The notes below the pieces were generated by a model, which had not been told where the DNA came from, ran no database searches, and saw nothing but the letters and a program-made list of their open reading frames with translations. Positions 9,348 to 17,575 of a DNA stretch of 64,000 nucleotides are shown here, piece by piece. This stretch comes from an uncultured Gammaproteobacteria bacterium (GTDB lineage: Bacteria > Patescibacteriota > Microgenomatia > Levybacterales > UBA12049): NCBI GenBank assembly GCA_965230895.1, contig OZ246394.1:249316-313315 (forward strand), read 5' to 3'. Within the stretch, counting starts at the first letter, position 1; every line of letters begins with the position of its first letter. The position numbers were made by a program, and so were the translations under genes.

Positions 9348-9413
9348 GATTCTGAAACAAGTTCAGAATGACAGTTCTAGAGATTGCCGCGTCGCTTTGC
9401 TCCTCGCAATGAC
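9348..9413. repeat. Two adjacent REP-like palindromes
   Basis: GATTCTGAAACAAGTTCAGAATGACA (9348-9373, family also at 12427, 61293, 63269) and GAGATTGCCGCGTCGCTTTGCTCCTCGCAATGAC (9380-9413). Confidence 0.75.
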
Positions 9414-9425
9414 GGTAAGTTGATA

Positions 9426-9689
9426 CTATCCCTTCAGCAGCTTTTCCAGCATGGTGGTGAATATTTGATTTGCTTCTTCTCTTGAAAAATTCTTCCCGTT
9501 GATTGAATCATTGGCCATAGAGTTCAGTTCTTCTATGACTTCCGCTAGGTGTTTATCCTTTATTATTTTATTCTTGGATTGCTCAGTGATGCCGATCATT
9601 GTGACTGAACTGAACGTTCTTTTGCCTTCGATGTATTCAAGGATTGATTCTAAAAGTCTGGTTTTTAGTTGCTGCTCTCGGTCATTCAT
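9426..9689 (-). CDS. Hypothetical protein coupled to XRE regulator
   Basis: 87 aa ORF overlapping upstream HTH gene by 4 nt (ATGA). Confidence 0.65.
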   Translation of the reverse strand: MNDREQQLKTRLLESILEYIEGKRTFSSVTMIGITEQSKNKIIKDKHLAEVIEELNSMANDSINGKNFSREEANQIFTTMLEKLLKG

Positions 9690-9889
9690 ATAAGTTCATT
9701 TACTTTCACTCTCAGTTGCTTGGCAATCTTCTGGAGCAGTTCAAGTGAAGGTTGCTTTCTTCCCTGCTCGATATGGCCCATATGCGTTCTGCTGATATTT
9801 AAATATTCTGCAAACTTCTCTTGCGTTATGCCAGAGGACTTCCTAAGCTTCTGAACGTTTTTCCCTAATTGCTTATATGTCTTACTCAT
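9686..9889 (-). CDS. XRE/Cro-C1 HTH regulator
   Basis: LRKSSGITQEKFAEYLNISRTHMGHIEQGRKQPSL. Confidence 0.9.
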   Translation of the reverse strand: MSKTYKQLGKNVQKLRKSSGITQEKFAEYLNISRTHMGHIEQGRKQPSLELLQKIAKQLRVKVNELI

Positions 9890-10103
9890 ATAATAATTAT
9901 CAATAGCTACCTACTATCAATCTACAAGCTGTAAGCTAGCATTTAGCTTCAGCCCGAATTCGCTCCAAACTCTATCTAAATTATAGTAACCTTAAACTCT
10001 ATTTTAAATAGAGTTTTTGAAGAAAGCAACTGAAGTGATGACGATTAAGAAGATTAAATAAATAAGTTTGACAAGCCAATCTGATCCGTGATTTACTGGA
10101 TGT

Positions 10104-11369
10104 ATGTTTAGTTTTCTTGAGAAGTTATTTAGTGCGTATCTAGCTTTTGCATTAAGTTTCATTCCTTTTGGAGGGTCACATAATCCTCCCTCTCCTACAC
10201 CCACTCCAACCCCTACAATTACATCTGCGCCAACAGTGACTTCAGTCCCAACCCTTACACTAACCCCATCTCCAACTGCTACTATGACTCCTATGCCATC
10301 ACTTACACCGACCAAAACCCCAACACCAACTATGAAGCCAACAGCTACACCTACTACATCTCCGACTGCGACATTAACACCGATGCCAAGTCCTACTGCT
10401 ACGCCCACACCGACGAAGACCCCGACTCCTACAATGACAATTTCGCCGACAGCTTCTCCGTCACCAAGTTTGACTATCACCCCGACAGCTTCTCCAAGTC
10501 CAACCATTACTGTTACTCCAACTGCCAGTCCAACTCCGACACTGACGCCAACGCCGACAGCATCAGCAACTCCCACACCGTCTCCGACTGTGACACCAAC
10601 TCCAACGCAAATCCCAACGCCGACAATCACTCGAATTGGGATTGATGTCTCATATCCACAATGTGGACGGACACTTCCATCAGGCCAAGGATTTGGGATA
10701 GTCGGAGTGAATGGAGGAATTGCATCGACCACCAATCCATGCCTTTCGACACAACTTCTTTGGGCGAAGACATCTGTCGGTACCCCGAATCAATCGCCAA
10801 TCCAACTCTATGTAAATACTGGAAATCCTGGAGGTTTGAACACTCCAACCTGGCCAAGAAATAACATTGATCCAAATGGAAATCCTACGCCAAATCCTTA
10901 TGGAACTTGTGATGGATCAGATTCTCTTGCTTGTGCGTGGCAATACGGTTGGAATCGGGCGTTAGAAGATGTTATTAGTCGGTTCACCCCGGCTGCGCAA
11001 GCTGCAGGTATTTCTACTGAACCATCGGTCTATCCTTGGTGGTTGGATGTCGAGACTGCAAACAGTTGGAAATATGGATCAGATTTTGCTTTCCAGAGTA
11101 ATCGGGCAATGCTTGAGGGAATGGTAACCTATTTTAAAGCGCGAGGAGTGAACATCGGAGTTTATTCAACGAATTATCAATGGACATTGATTATGGGAAC
11201 AGTTCCTTCAAGTAGTAATTTAGTAGGTCTTCGCAATTGGAGAGCTGGGGCTACTGATCTTGCGCAAGCGCAATCATATTGTGGGTTGGCTCCGTTGACT
11301 GCTGGATCAAGTGTCATCATGACGCAATTTGTTTTGGATAATCTTGACCACAATTACTCCTGTATTTAA
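10104..11369 (+). CDS. Secreted protein: Pro/Thr-rich stalk plus GH25/DUF1906-like glycoside hydrolase domain
   Basis: Hydrophobic N-terminus, about 145 aa of TPT/SPT repeats, then GIDVSYPQC...WWLDVETANSW...GVYST...LDHN. Confidence 0.8.
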   Translation: MFSFLEKLFSAYLAFALSFIPFGGSHNPPSPTPTPTPTITSAPTVTSVPTLTLTPSPTATMTPMPSLTPTKTPTPTMKPTATPTTSPTATLTPMPSPTATPTPTKTPTPTMTISPTASPSPSLTITPTASPSPTITVTPTASPTPTLTPTPTASATPTPSPTVTPTPTQIPTPTITRIGIDVSYPQCGRTLPSGQGFGIVGVNGGIASTTNPCLSTQLLWAKTSVGTPNQSPIQLYVNTGNPGGLNTPTWPRNNIDPNGNPTPNPYGTCDGSDSLACAWQYGWNRALEDVISRFTPAAQAAGISTEPSVYPWWLDVETANSWKYGSDFAFQSNRAMLEGMVTYFKARGVNIGVYSTNYQWTLIMGTVPSSSNLVGLRNWRAGATDLAQAQSYCGLAPLTAGSSVIMTQFVLDNLDHNYSCI

Positions 11370-11857
11370 TATTCAGGATCGTCTCGTTCCGTCCAGTGGT
11401 ATGGTGGTTGCGAAGCTCGTAGTTCCTGCATATATGCGCCAATTGTTTTATACCGTTGCTCAACTTTAATGCTTGGTTCTTTCTGACGCTTGTCATCAGC
11501 ACTGTATACTTCATGAATTTCAACGCCAGCTGTTTTTAATTCTTCGTATGTTCGTTCCCCTTCTCCACCAACAAAATTTACAAAGCCACTGTGGATTCCG
11601 GTAGGCTGTCCAACTTTTGTAAAAGGATCGTTTGTCGCAATGACTTCTCCCTGTGTTACATCATCCGTAACTTCGGTAACTCTTATTGTTGTTACACGAT
11701 ATTCAACTGGTGGATCAACAGTATAATTACTCACCCTAACCCATGACGTGTCTGGAGTTAATGATATTCCCATGCTCGCACCATTTGGTTTGGCATGAGC
11801 TGAAACAGCTGTTGCGACATCGTTTGGCCGTAAACCTAATTCTTTACTTGTTCCCAT
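11366..11857 (-). CDS. Hypothetical protein (start revised to MGTSKEL)
   Basis: Longer ORF-track call runs through the upstream terminator; TGGTATACT lies 8 nt before ATG 11857. Confidence 0.6.
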   Translation of the reverse strand: MGTSKELGLRPNDVATAVSAHAKPNGASMGISLTPDTSWVRVSNYTVDPPVEYRVTTIRVTEVTDDVTQGEVIATNDPFTKVGQPTGIHSGFVNFVGGEGERTYEELKTAGVEIHEVYSADDKRQKEPSIKVEQRYKTIGAYMQELRASQPPYHWTERDDPEY

Positions 11858-11887
11858 TGAGCGGAAGTATACCATGATCCTCCATAA

Positions 11888-11917
11888 TAAAAAAGCCCAC
11901 CTTTGGGTGAGCTTTTT
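11888..11917. terminator. Intrinsic terminator
   Basis: AAAAAAGCCCACC-TTTG-GGTGAGCTTTTT. Confidence 0.7.
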
Positions 11918-11940
11918 GTTTTTCATTTTTTGAATAAAGC

Positions 11941-12351
11941 TTATTCGGCTTTCTTTCCTGCGATGTTTACCATCCATTCGATGCCGAACTTATCAGTCAG
12001 CATACCAAATGTATCTCCCCATGGAGCTTTGTCCAAAGGTGCCGTGATGTTTGCACCTTCTGAAAGTTTTTCCCAATAACCTTTGAGCTCTGTTTCATCT
12101 TCTGCTCCTCCACTGAGTGAGATATTTCCAATCTTTCCTGGCGTAGCTACCATGTGACTTGGTGTATCAGAACCCATAATGGTAAAACCTTTATCGGTTA
12201 TCAATTCTGAATGCATGAGGCCTTCCTCATCAGGCATACCTGATTCTTTGAAAGTGCTCATGGTTAAATTACCGCCAAAGACTGTTTTGTAAAATTCCAT
12301 TGCCTCCTGAGCGCCGCTTTTGAAGTTAAGATATGGATTTAATTTTGTCAT
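11941..12351 (-). CDS. VOC/PhnB-like protein
   Basis: LNPYLNF...AMEFYKTVFGG...APWGDTFGMLTDKFGIEWMVN; SD GGAGGTG. Confidence 0.9.
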   Translation of the reverse strand: MTKLNPYLNFKSGAQEAMEFYKTVFGGNLTMSTFKESGMPDEEGLMHSELITDKGFTIMGSDTPSHMVATPGKIGNISLSGGAEDETELKGYWEKLSEGANITAPLDKAPWGDTFGMLTDKFGIEWMVNIAGKKAE

Positions 12352-12426
12352 ATGAAACTCACCTCCTTTCGTTTATGCAAAAAGTATAGCAGAGGAAAGT
12401 TATGAGATTCGTAATAAGATTATTTT

Positions 12427-12452
12427 TGTCATCCCGAACTTGTTTCGGGATC
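12427..12452. repeat. REP-like palindrome
   Basis: TGTCATCCCGAACTTGTTTCGGGATC. Confidence 0.75.
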
Positions 12453-12467
12453 CCCAATTAAACTTTA

Positions 12468-12611
12468 TTCTTTTCTGTTCTTTGACCGCAAAGAACCAAA
12501 CTCTTCAGCAGGCAGTGCTCGCTAAAAATCTTTTCTTATTCACTAAAAGACTTTCGTCTTTCTTCACGTTCATTCGTCGGATTTTTTTAACGCTGCGCGC
12601 TGATTGCTGAA
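12468..12611. repeat. MITE-like dispersed repeat, related to 58050-58264
   Basis: Shared blocks TGTTCTTTGACCGCAA, AAG(A/T)ACCAAA, CAGT(G/A)CTCG(C/T)TAAAAATC, TTTTTAACGCT. Confidence 0.65.
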
Positions 12612-12639
12612 CTGTCGGAGATCTTTATAGAAGTTTTTG

Positions 12640-12885
12640 CTATTGGCCGACTCGGGGATTTGTGGCAAGGATGAAGTCAATAACTTCTGAAGCAAATGTT
12701 CCTACAATTGGGACAAGGTTTACGTTCTTTGCAATGATACCTAATATATAAAAGAAAACAGCCAAACCGACTGTTGCACCCACAGCCCATGCTACTCCAC
12801 CGATAAAGTTGTTCATGATGATTTCATACCAATGAAGCCGAGTGCTGGAGCGTTCATATGGTTGCATTGGTTTGGGTTTTGCCAT
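12640..12885 (-). CDS. Small membrane protein, DUF5665-like
   Basis: NNFIGGVAWAVGATVG...VPIVGTF; TTGACA-17-CATACT-6-ATG promoter. Confidence 0.7.
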   Translation of the reverse strand: MAKPKPMQPYERSSTRLHWYEIIMNNFIGGVAWAVGATVGLAVFFYILGIIAKNVNLVPIVGTFASEVIDFILATNPRVGQ

Positions 12886-12920
12886 GCTTTTAGTATGCAG
12901 ATTATTGTTTGGACTGTCAA

Positions 12921-13502
12921 CTAAAGCCCAAGGTCTTTGTGGATCCCTTGCATTGCTTTTAATGTGATACTGACAAATTCATCCAAAGGGATATCAAGTT
13001 TACTTTCGCAAAGTTTAATTGCTTCTCGATCTGCTCCTGCGGCAAATGCCTTTTGTCCAAACTTTTTCAGCACAGCATCTTCTGTCACTGAAGCCAATGT
13101 CTTTTCTGGTCGTACTAATGCACATGCTGTAATCAATCCTGTCAATTGATCACATGCTGTTATTGCCCAATCCATCGGTTTGTGTGGCATAACGTTTGTT
13201 TCATGATAATTGTGTGACATGATTGCGTAGGCGATATCGTCCGGAAGCTCGATTTCATTATTACTAAAAAGCAAAATACCATGTTTGTTGAGCTGATTTG
13301 TTTCTTGGGCCAATTCATAGTCAATATCGTGTAAAAGGCCTGTGATTCCCCATATTTCTTCGGTTTCAGGGTTTTGCATCTCTTCGATCGTAAGATGCCT
13401 GTAGAGCGCTCTCATCGTCGCCTCGGTGGCAAGAGAATGCTTGATAAGGTTCTTACTCTTCATGTATTTTTGCAGTAATGCAAATGCTTCGTCTCTGTGC
13501 AT
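12921..13502 (-). CDS. HD-domain (HDIG) phosphohydrolase
   Basis: NLIKHSLATEA...GLLHDIDYE...ACDQLTGLITACAL...FAAGADRE; start revised to MHRDEA. Confidence 0.88.
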   Translation of the reverse strand: MHRDEAFALLQKYMKSKNLIKHSLATEATMRALYRHLTIEEMQNPETEEIWGITGLLHDIDYELAQETNQLNKHGILLFSNNEIELPDDIAYAIMSHNYHETNVMPHKPMDWAITACDQLTGLITACALVRPEKTLASVTEDAVLKKFGQKAFAAGADREAIKLCESKLDIPLDEFVSITLKAMQGIHKDLGL

Positions 13503-13509
13503 ATTTTTA

Positions 13510-14346
13510 TTATACTCCTTTCTTGCTACGTTCAAAAATGACATATGCTAATGCATTTACTCCTGCCTGGGGTTCCATGCGCATTTTTGTGAATCCGATG
13601 ACTTCTCTCAGTTTTTGCTGGGCAAATGTTTCATTCTCAGCTCTTTCTTGAAGAACTTGTTGGAAAAGTACCATCTCTTCGAGCTTTCCTTCGCTGAGTC
13701 TTTTCCATCTAGCTTCAAACTCTTCATCCGCTAATTCGTCACTTCTCAATGGACTATTTCCCACTGCCAGTTGATCCATAACTTTTATTGTTGGAACCTC
13801 AAGATTCGGATCATCCATATGCGCTTCAATAATAGCTTCAAAATATGGTCTTTTATCTTCGGCATCAGGATAACGGTCTTTTCCATTATTTTTATGACTT
13901 AATGCTACAATTCCGCGTGAAATATCAGGTTGGGTTCTTCTTGCAATCTCTTCCTGAGTATCAGGAGTATTTTCATACAAATCATGTCCCAAAGCTGTTG
14001 TAAATGTTTCCAGCGATAAAGTTCTCCAGCCGATTGCATGTGCTGTCAGTATACCTACTTGGAGTGCATGATTAATCTCATCTTCATCCGTAAACTTCCG
14101 CGTATCTCCTTCATATTTGGTTCCTAAATCACGCACGAATCCACGTATTAATCCTGAAGGAATATGCGGTGCTGCCTCTGCAATACTAAAAACCCGTTCT
14201 CGGAGAATATTTGTATCTCGAGTCTGTAATGTGCCTATTGCTGCTGGCCAAAATGGTTTATCTAAGCGTAGTCGTTCTTTTTTCCTTCTTTGCGTAAGAC
14301 TTTCTTCTGTGGAAATTGGTGGACGACTTTCGGGGGATTTTAACAT
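13510..14346 (-). CDS. RelA/SpoT-type HD hydrolase domain protein (Mesh1/SAH-like)
   Basis: HALQV...ALGHDLYENT...IVALSH...IKVMDQL; start revised to 14346 because the longer call overlaps tRNA-Val. Confidence 0.65.
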   Translation of the reverse strand: MLKSPESRPPISTEESLTQRRKKERLRLDKPFWPAAIGTLQTRDTNILRERVFSIAEAAPHIPSGLIRGFVRDLGTKYEGDTRKFTDEDEINHALQVGILTAHAIGWRTLSLETFTTALGHDLYENTPDTQEEIARRTQPDISRGIVALSHKNNGKDRYPDAEDKRPYFEAIIEAHMDDPNLEVPTIKVMDQLAVGNSPLRSDELADEEFEARWKRLSEGKLEEMVLFQQVLQERAENETFAQQKLREVIGFTKMRMEPQAGVNALAYVIFERSKKGV

Positions 14347-14352
14347 AAAGGG

Positions 14353-14426
14353 TGGGCCCAAGAGAATTCGAATCTCTGACCTTTGCAATGTCAATGCAAC
14401 GCTCTAACCAACTGAGCTATGAGCCC
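14353..14426 (-). tRNA. tRNA-Val(GAC)
   Basis: GGGCTCATAGCTCAGTTGGTTAGAGC...TTGCA-TTGACAT-TGCAA...TTCGAA...TGGGCCCA. Confidence 0.95.
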
Positions 14427-14488
14427 GTATAAACTAATGTTTAATGTAGAAATTATAACACATTAATGAGCCTGTGATGATTGAAATC

Positions 14489-15667
14489 TTATTTTATAGA
14501 CATGAGGAACTTTTTAAGTATTTGATAGTAATCAGCTAAAGCTTGGATATCGACCCATTCATCACTATTATGTTGTCCATGACCTGTTGGTCCAAATTCT
14601 ACAGCGTCACAACCAACGTTTGAGAAAAATGTCGTATCTGATCCGCCGTGTGTCTTTTCAATTGGTAATTCTCTGCCCAAAACATCTGATCCGACTTCTT
14701 TCAATGTCTGCATGTAGCCACTATTTGGATCTGAGAAATGTGCATTGCGCATCTGACTTATTTCAAATTCTACGTCTTCAGGCAACATAGCTTTTATATC
14801 TTTCAAGATCGTATCTCGATCTTTCTTGTTAAATCGAATATCAAAAACAGCTGAGCAATGATCCGGTACTCTATTCCATGTCGGATTTGTCGTATGAATC
14901 TTTGAAACCGTGACTGTTGTCCCATCGGTTTCATCTGTCGGATGCGGGAAATGCTCTTGGATCTTTCTCAAAACTTCATACATCTTAAGGATCGCATTTT
15001 GTCCTTTCCAAGGATATGCTCCATGAGCTGCAGTTCCATTGACGGTGATGTGTGCAGTGATGATTCCTTTGGTTTCATGGATGATTCTAAAATTACTGCC
15101 ACATTCTCCCATGATCGCAAATTCCGTCCGGACACCATTTTGCAATTGATAATCTGTCCCATCTCCACCCGCAATTTCTTCTTCAGTTACGAGTTGTAAT
15201 CCCAAAGGATAATCAACTTTATCAGCGAGTTCATTAAACAACAAAATCATAACCGCAGCAGCGCCTTTCATGTCATATGCGCCACGACCGATCAGCTTGC
15301 CATCTTTCACTTCAGGGATATACTGCTCAGGAGATCCTGCAACCACATCCAAGTGAGCATTTAAAATGATTTTGAAGTTGTTTGTATTTTGATTTCGATA
15401 CAGAAGGCTTGGATACGAGTTTGAAACATATGGTGTAAATTCATGGTCGGATAATTGCTGCTTTGCAAGTTCAAGGACTTTGACTGCATTTTCTATATCT
15501 CCGGTTACTGATGGAACAACGATAAGTTGTTTTGCTAATGATACGATATCATCAGTTGGGGCTTCTTTTGTTGTTTGAGCAAGACTTTGAGATTCTCCTA
15601 CAGGAGTATACTCTTCTTCATCAAAAGACGTTGTATCTAAATTTTGATTATCGGTTATCTTTTTCAT
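14489..15667 (-). CDS. M20 metallopeptidase (ArgE/DapE family)
   Basis: NAHLDVV, GRGAYDMKG, EEEIAG, HGAYPWKG, HNSDEWV; start revised to MKKITD after the attenuator. Confidence 0.9.
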   Translation of the reverse strand: MKKITDNQNLDTTSFDEEEYTPVGESQSLAQTTKEAPTDDIVSLAKQLIVVPSVTGDIENAVKVLELAKQQLSDHEFTPYVSNSYPSLLYRNQNTNNFKIILNAHLDVVAGSPEQYIPEVKDGKLIGRGAYDMKGAAAVMILLFNELADKVDYPLGLQLVTEEEIAGGDGTDYQLQNGVRTEFAIMGECGSNFRIIHETKGIITAHITVNGTAAHGAYPWKGQNAILKMYEVLRKIQEHFPHPTDETDGTTVTVSKIHTTNPTWNRVPDHCSAVFDIRFNKKDRDTILKDIKAMLPEDVEFEISQMRNAHFSDPNSGYMQTLKEVGSDVLGRELPIEKTHGGSDTTFFSNVGCDAVEFGPTGHGQHNSDEWVDIQALADYYQILKKFLMSIK

Positions 15668-15677
15668 AATTAAAAAT

Positions 15678-15702
15678 AAAAAACCCGCTTCTGAGAGCGG
15701 GT
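15678..15702 (-). terminator. Attenuator terminator upstream of M20 peptidase
   Basis: ACCCGCT-CTCAGA-AGCGGGT followed by T run. Confidence 0.85.
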
Positions 15703-15733
15703 GCAAAACGTATCACATAAGCCACCCGCCGCG

Positions 15734-15781
15734 TCAGACGCGGTTGATAAGGACAAACATGATTTGGCATTTCTTTACCAT
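15734..15781 (-). CDS. Leader peptide MVKKCQIMFVLINRV
   Basis: ATG 6 nt after TATAAT; stop overlaps CCGCGTC-T-GACGCGG hairpin; GCGGGTG can pair with CACCCGC of terminator. Confidence 0.7.
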   Translation of the reverse strand: MVKKCQIMFVLINRV

Positions 15782-15787
15782 AAACTC

Positions 15788-15815
15788 ATTATACTCCCCT
15801 CATCAAACGTGTCAA
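15788..15815 (-). promoter_or_regulatory. Sigma70-type promoter
   Basis: TTGACA-16 nt-TATAAT. Confidence 0.8.
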
Positions 15816-15816
15816 G

Positions 15817-17418
15817 TTACGCTGCTTCTTTTAAATCTTCAAAAATCGCATGCAATTCACCTTTGCGTATTGCTGCGTTTCCAGTCATGATTACACCTAT
15901 TGTTGCTAACTCGCCTTTTTTTGGAGCTTCTAATGGCCGAGTTCGTAATACTACCAGACCATCATCCCTTGAATCCTTCGTATAAGTCTCGAGTAATTCT
16001 TCAGTTAATTCGTCGACATTGACACCATTTGGCAGTGCATATTGATCTTCAGCTCTCAAACCGCCATCAAGAACAGTCCGCATATTTGCGACATTTTGTT
16101 CCATATCCTCCACTAAAAGGACCTCATCAATAGCCTCAATAAGATTTGTTCTTCTCGGATTACTTTCAGCTAGGAAATAGTCTGAAGCGTGATCTAATTG
16201 TCCATATTTACGGAGTTTTGCACGCAGACTTGAATCGATAGAACCATTTGCCAATCCTTCGACAATTCGTCGCTGCACTTCTTGTTCTTGTTCGCCCAAA
16301 ATCATGACGTCTACATTCATCGGTCCTCGAAGATCCAAAGGATCAACACCTTTCTTTTGCGCAAAGGTATGAACAAATTGTTTGCTTGCTTCAGTTACGC
16401 GCCCTTCAAAATCTTCCTGATGGGTTTGGATATACGGATCAGTTGGCTCATATGTAGTTGTTCCGATACATGCCTTTGTTTTCGCATCGAGTATTTGGCC
16501 ATTAAATCCTAATGGTAAGACATCTCCGTCCATAAAAAACATTGAAAGTCCAGGAACGTCCCGAAGATTTAACGATCGTGAGATAACCACATCAGCATTT
16601 TCATCTCCACCTGTACTAGTCTCCATATATGCTTGTGCATCTGCTAATGCATCAGCCCAATTCTCGTATGGTTGATGCTTCTTTTTGTCATCAGTTTCAA
16701 GAACGACTTTGCCATCTTTCTCATGGATATTAAAGCTTCCGAATCCTCCATCAGAGAAACTTAACCTTCCAAATATGCCTTTCTTATAATCTTGCATACC
16801 GATTGCTTCATAGAGCTCGTCTTCAAAGGCTACGAGTTCTTCTGCTTCTGCTGCAACTTCTCCAACTTTCACAACCTCATGATGTGGGACAGCGAAGTCT
16901 GGATCTTGCGCTTCTCGAACTAAATCATGAAATGTCCCTTTATCTTTCAAATCATGAACTACTTCTGAGTGGAGGGCGCTCACTTCGATATCATCACGTT
17001 GTAAACCATTTGTTTCTAAATATTTCGTAAATTTGCCGTTATTTAGATAAGGAGCTATGAGTGCTGTCCCTCCGTCTCTATCAAGTCTTTCTTTCAAAGT
17101 TTCTGCTGTAAAAATAGTAAACCTATTACTATCACCTGAAAGTTCCCCCAAGTATTTCGCTTGCTTTTCCGTGTTCTCTCTGCCTTTAGTAAGTAATCTG
17201 TTTACCGTTGGATTTGATGATCGTGGATCTTCTAAGAGTATTCCTTGTATTCCTCCAACTTGCGGAATATGTCCAAATCGTTGGCTATATTTAGCTTCAA
17301 TACCTGCTGCTTTTACAGCATCGAGCTCCAAAAGGTCACCGACATTATGTCGGCTGAAACCGCCCATAAACTTTTTATGTGGTGCGTATGTAAATTGTGC
17401 TTCTAAATTTCTTGGCAT
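15817..17418 (-). CDS. ATP-grasp fold ligase (PGM1-like peptide ligase type, tentative)
   Basis: DKGTFHDLV, RLSFSDGGFGS, PMNVDVMI, LAESNPRRT resemble ATP-grasp motifs. Confidence 0.7.
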   Translation of the reverse strand: MPRNLEAQFTYAPHKKFMGGFSRHNVGDLLELDAVKAAGIEAKYSQRFGHIPQVGGIQGILLEDPRSSNPTVNRLLTKGRENTEKQAKYLGELSGDSNRFTIFTAETLKERLDRDGGTALIAPYLNNGKFTKYLETNGLQRDDIEVSALHSEVVHDLKDKGTFHDLVREAQDPDFAVPHHEVVKVGEVAAEAEELVAFEDELYEAIGMQDYKKGIFGRLSFSDGGFGSFNIHEKDGKVVLETDDKKKHQPYENWADALADAQAYMETSTGGDENADVVISRSLNLRDVPGLSMFFMDGDVLPLGFNGQILDAKTKACIGTTTYEPTDPYIQTHQEDFEGRVTEASKQFVHTFAQKKGVDPLDLRGPMNVDVMILGEQEQEVQRRIVEGLANGSIDSSLRAKLRKYGQLDHASDYFLAESNPRRTNLIEAIDEVLLVEDMEQNVANMRTVLDGGLRAEDQYALPNGVNVDELTEELLETYTKDSRDDGLVVLRTRPLEAPKKGELATIGVIMTGNAAIRKGELHAIFEDLKEAA

Positions 17419-17424
17419 AAATAC

Positions 17425-17449
17425 AAAAAAACCCGCTTCTTGAGCGGGT
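17425..17449 (-). terminator. Attenuator terminator upstream of ATP-grasp gene
   Basis: ACCCGCT-CAAGA-AGCGGGT followed by T run. Confidence 0.85.
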
Positions 17450-17480
17450 ATTAGTTTAAAAACTACGTTAACTCCCGCCC

Positions 17481-17534
17481 CTAGGGGGTAATAATGAGAG
17501 CAACAATAATGAATGTTGAATGATTCGAAACCAT
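17481..17534 (-). CDS. Ile/Val/Leu-rich leader peptide MVSNHSTFIIVALIITP
   Basis: ATG 6 nt after TAGAAT; IIVALII run; GCGGG after the stop can pair with CCCGC of terminator. Confidence 0.78.
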   Translation of the reverse strand: MVSNHSTFIIVALIITP

Positions 17535-17540
17535 AAATTT

Positions 17541-17569
17541 ATTCTAAAGAAATGTCAGGAAAATGTCAA
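17541..17569 (-). promoter_or_regulatory. Sigma70-type promoter
   Basis: TTGACA-17 nt-TAGAAT. Confidence 0.8.
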
Positions 17570-17575
17570 CGAAGA

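Noticed and set aside
10190-10630. Possible CRISPR or DNA tandem array
   Set aside because: Repeats are degenerate at third codon positions, so they are protein-level; no repeat-spacer pattern or cas genes in the window.
10004-10735. 243 aa Val/Gly-rich minus-strand ORF
   Set aside because: Antisense shadow of the Pro/Thr repeat gene.
14347-14394. ORF-track N-terminal extensions here and at 15706, 11977, 36129, 45694, 51637, 59371
   Set aside because: They overlap tRNAs, terminators, promoters or neighbouring genes; downstream ATGs have better start signals.
15734-17534. Short leader ORFs as RiPP precursors for the ATP-grasp enzyme
   Set aside because: They lack graspetide-type Thr/Ser/Lys-Asp/Glu cores and are embedded in attenuator structures.
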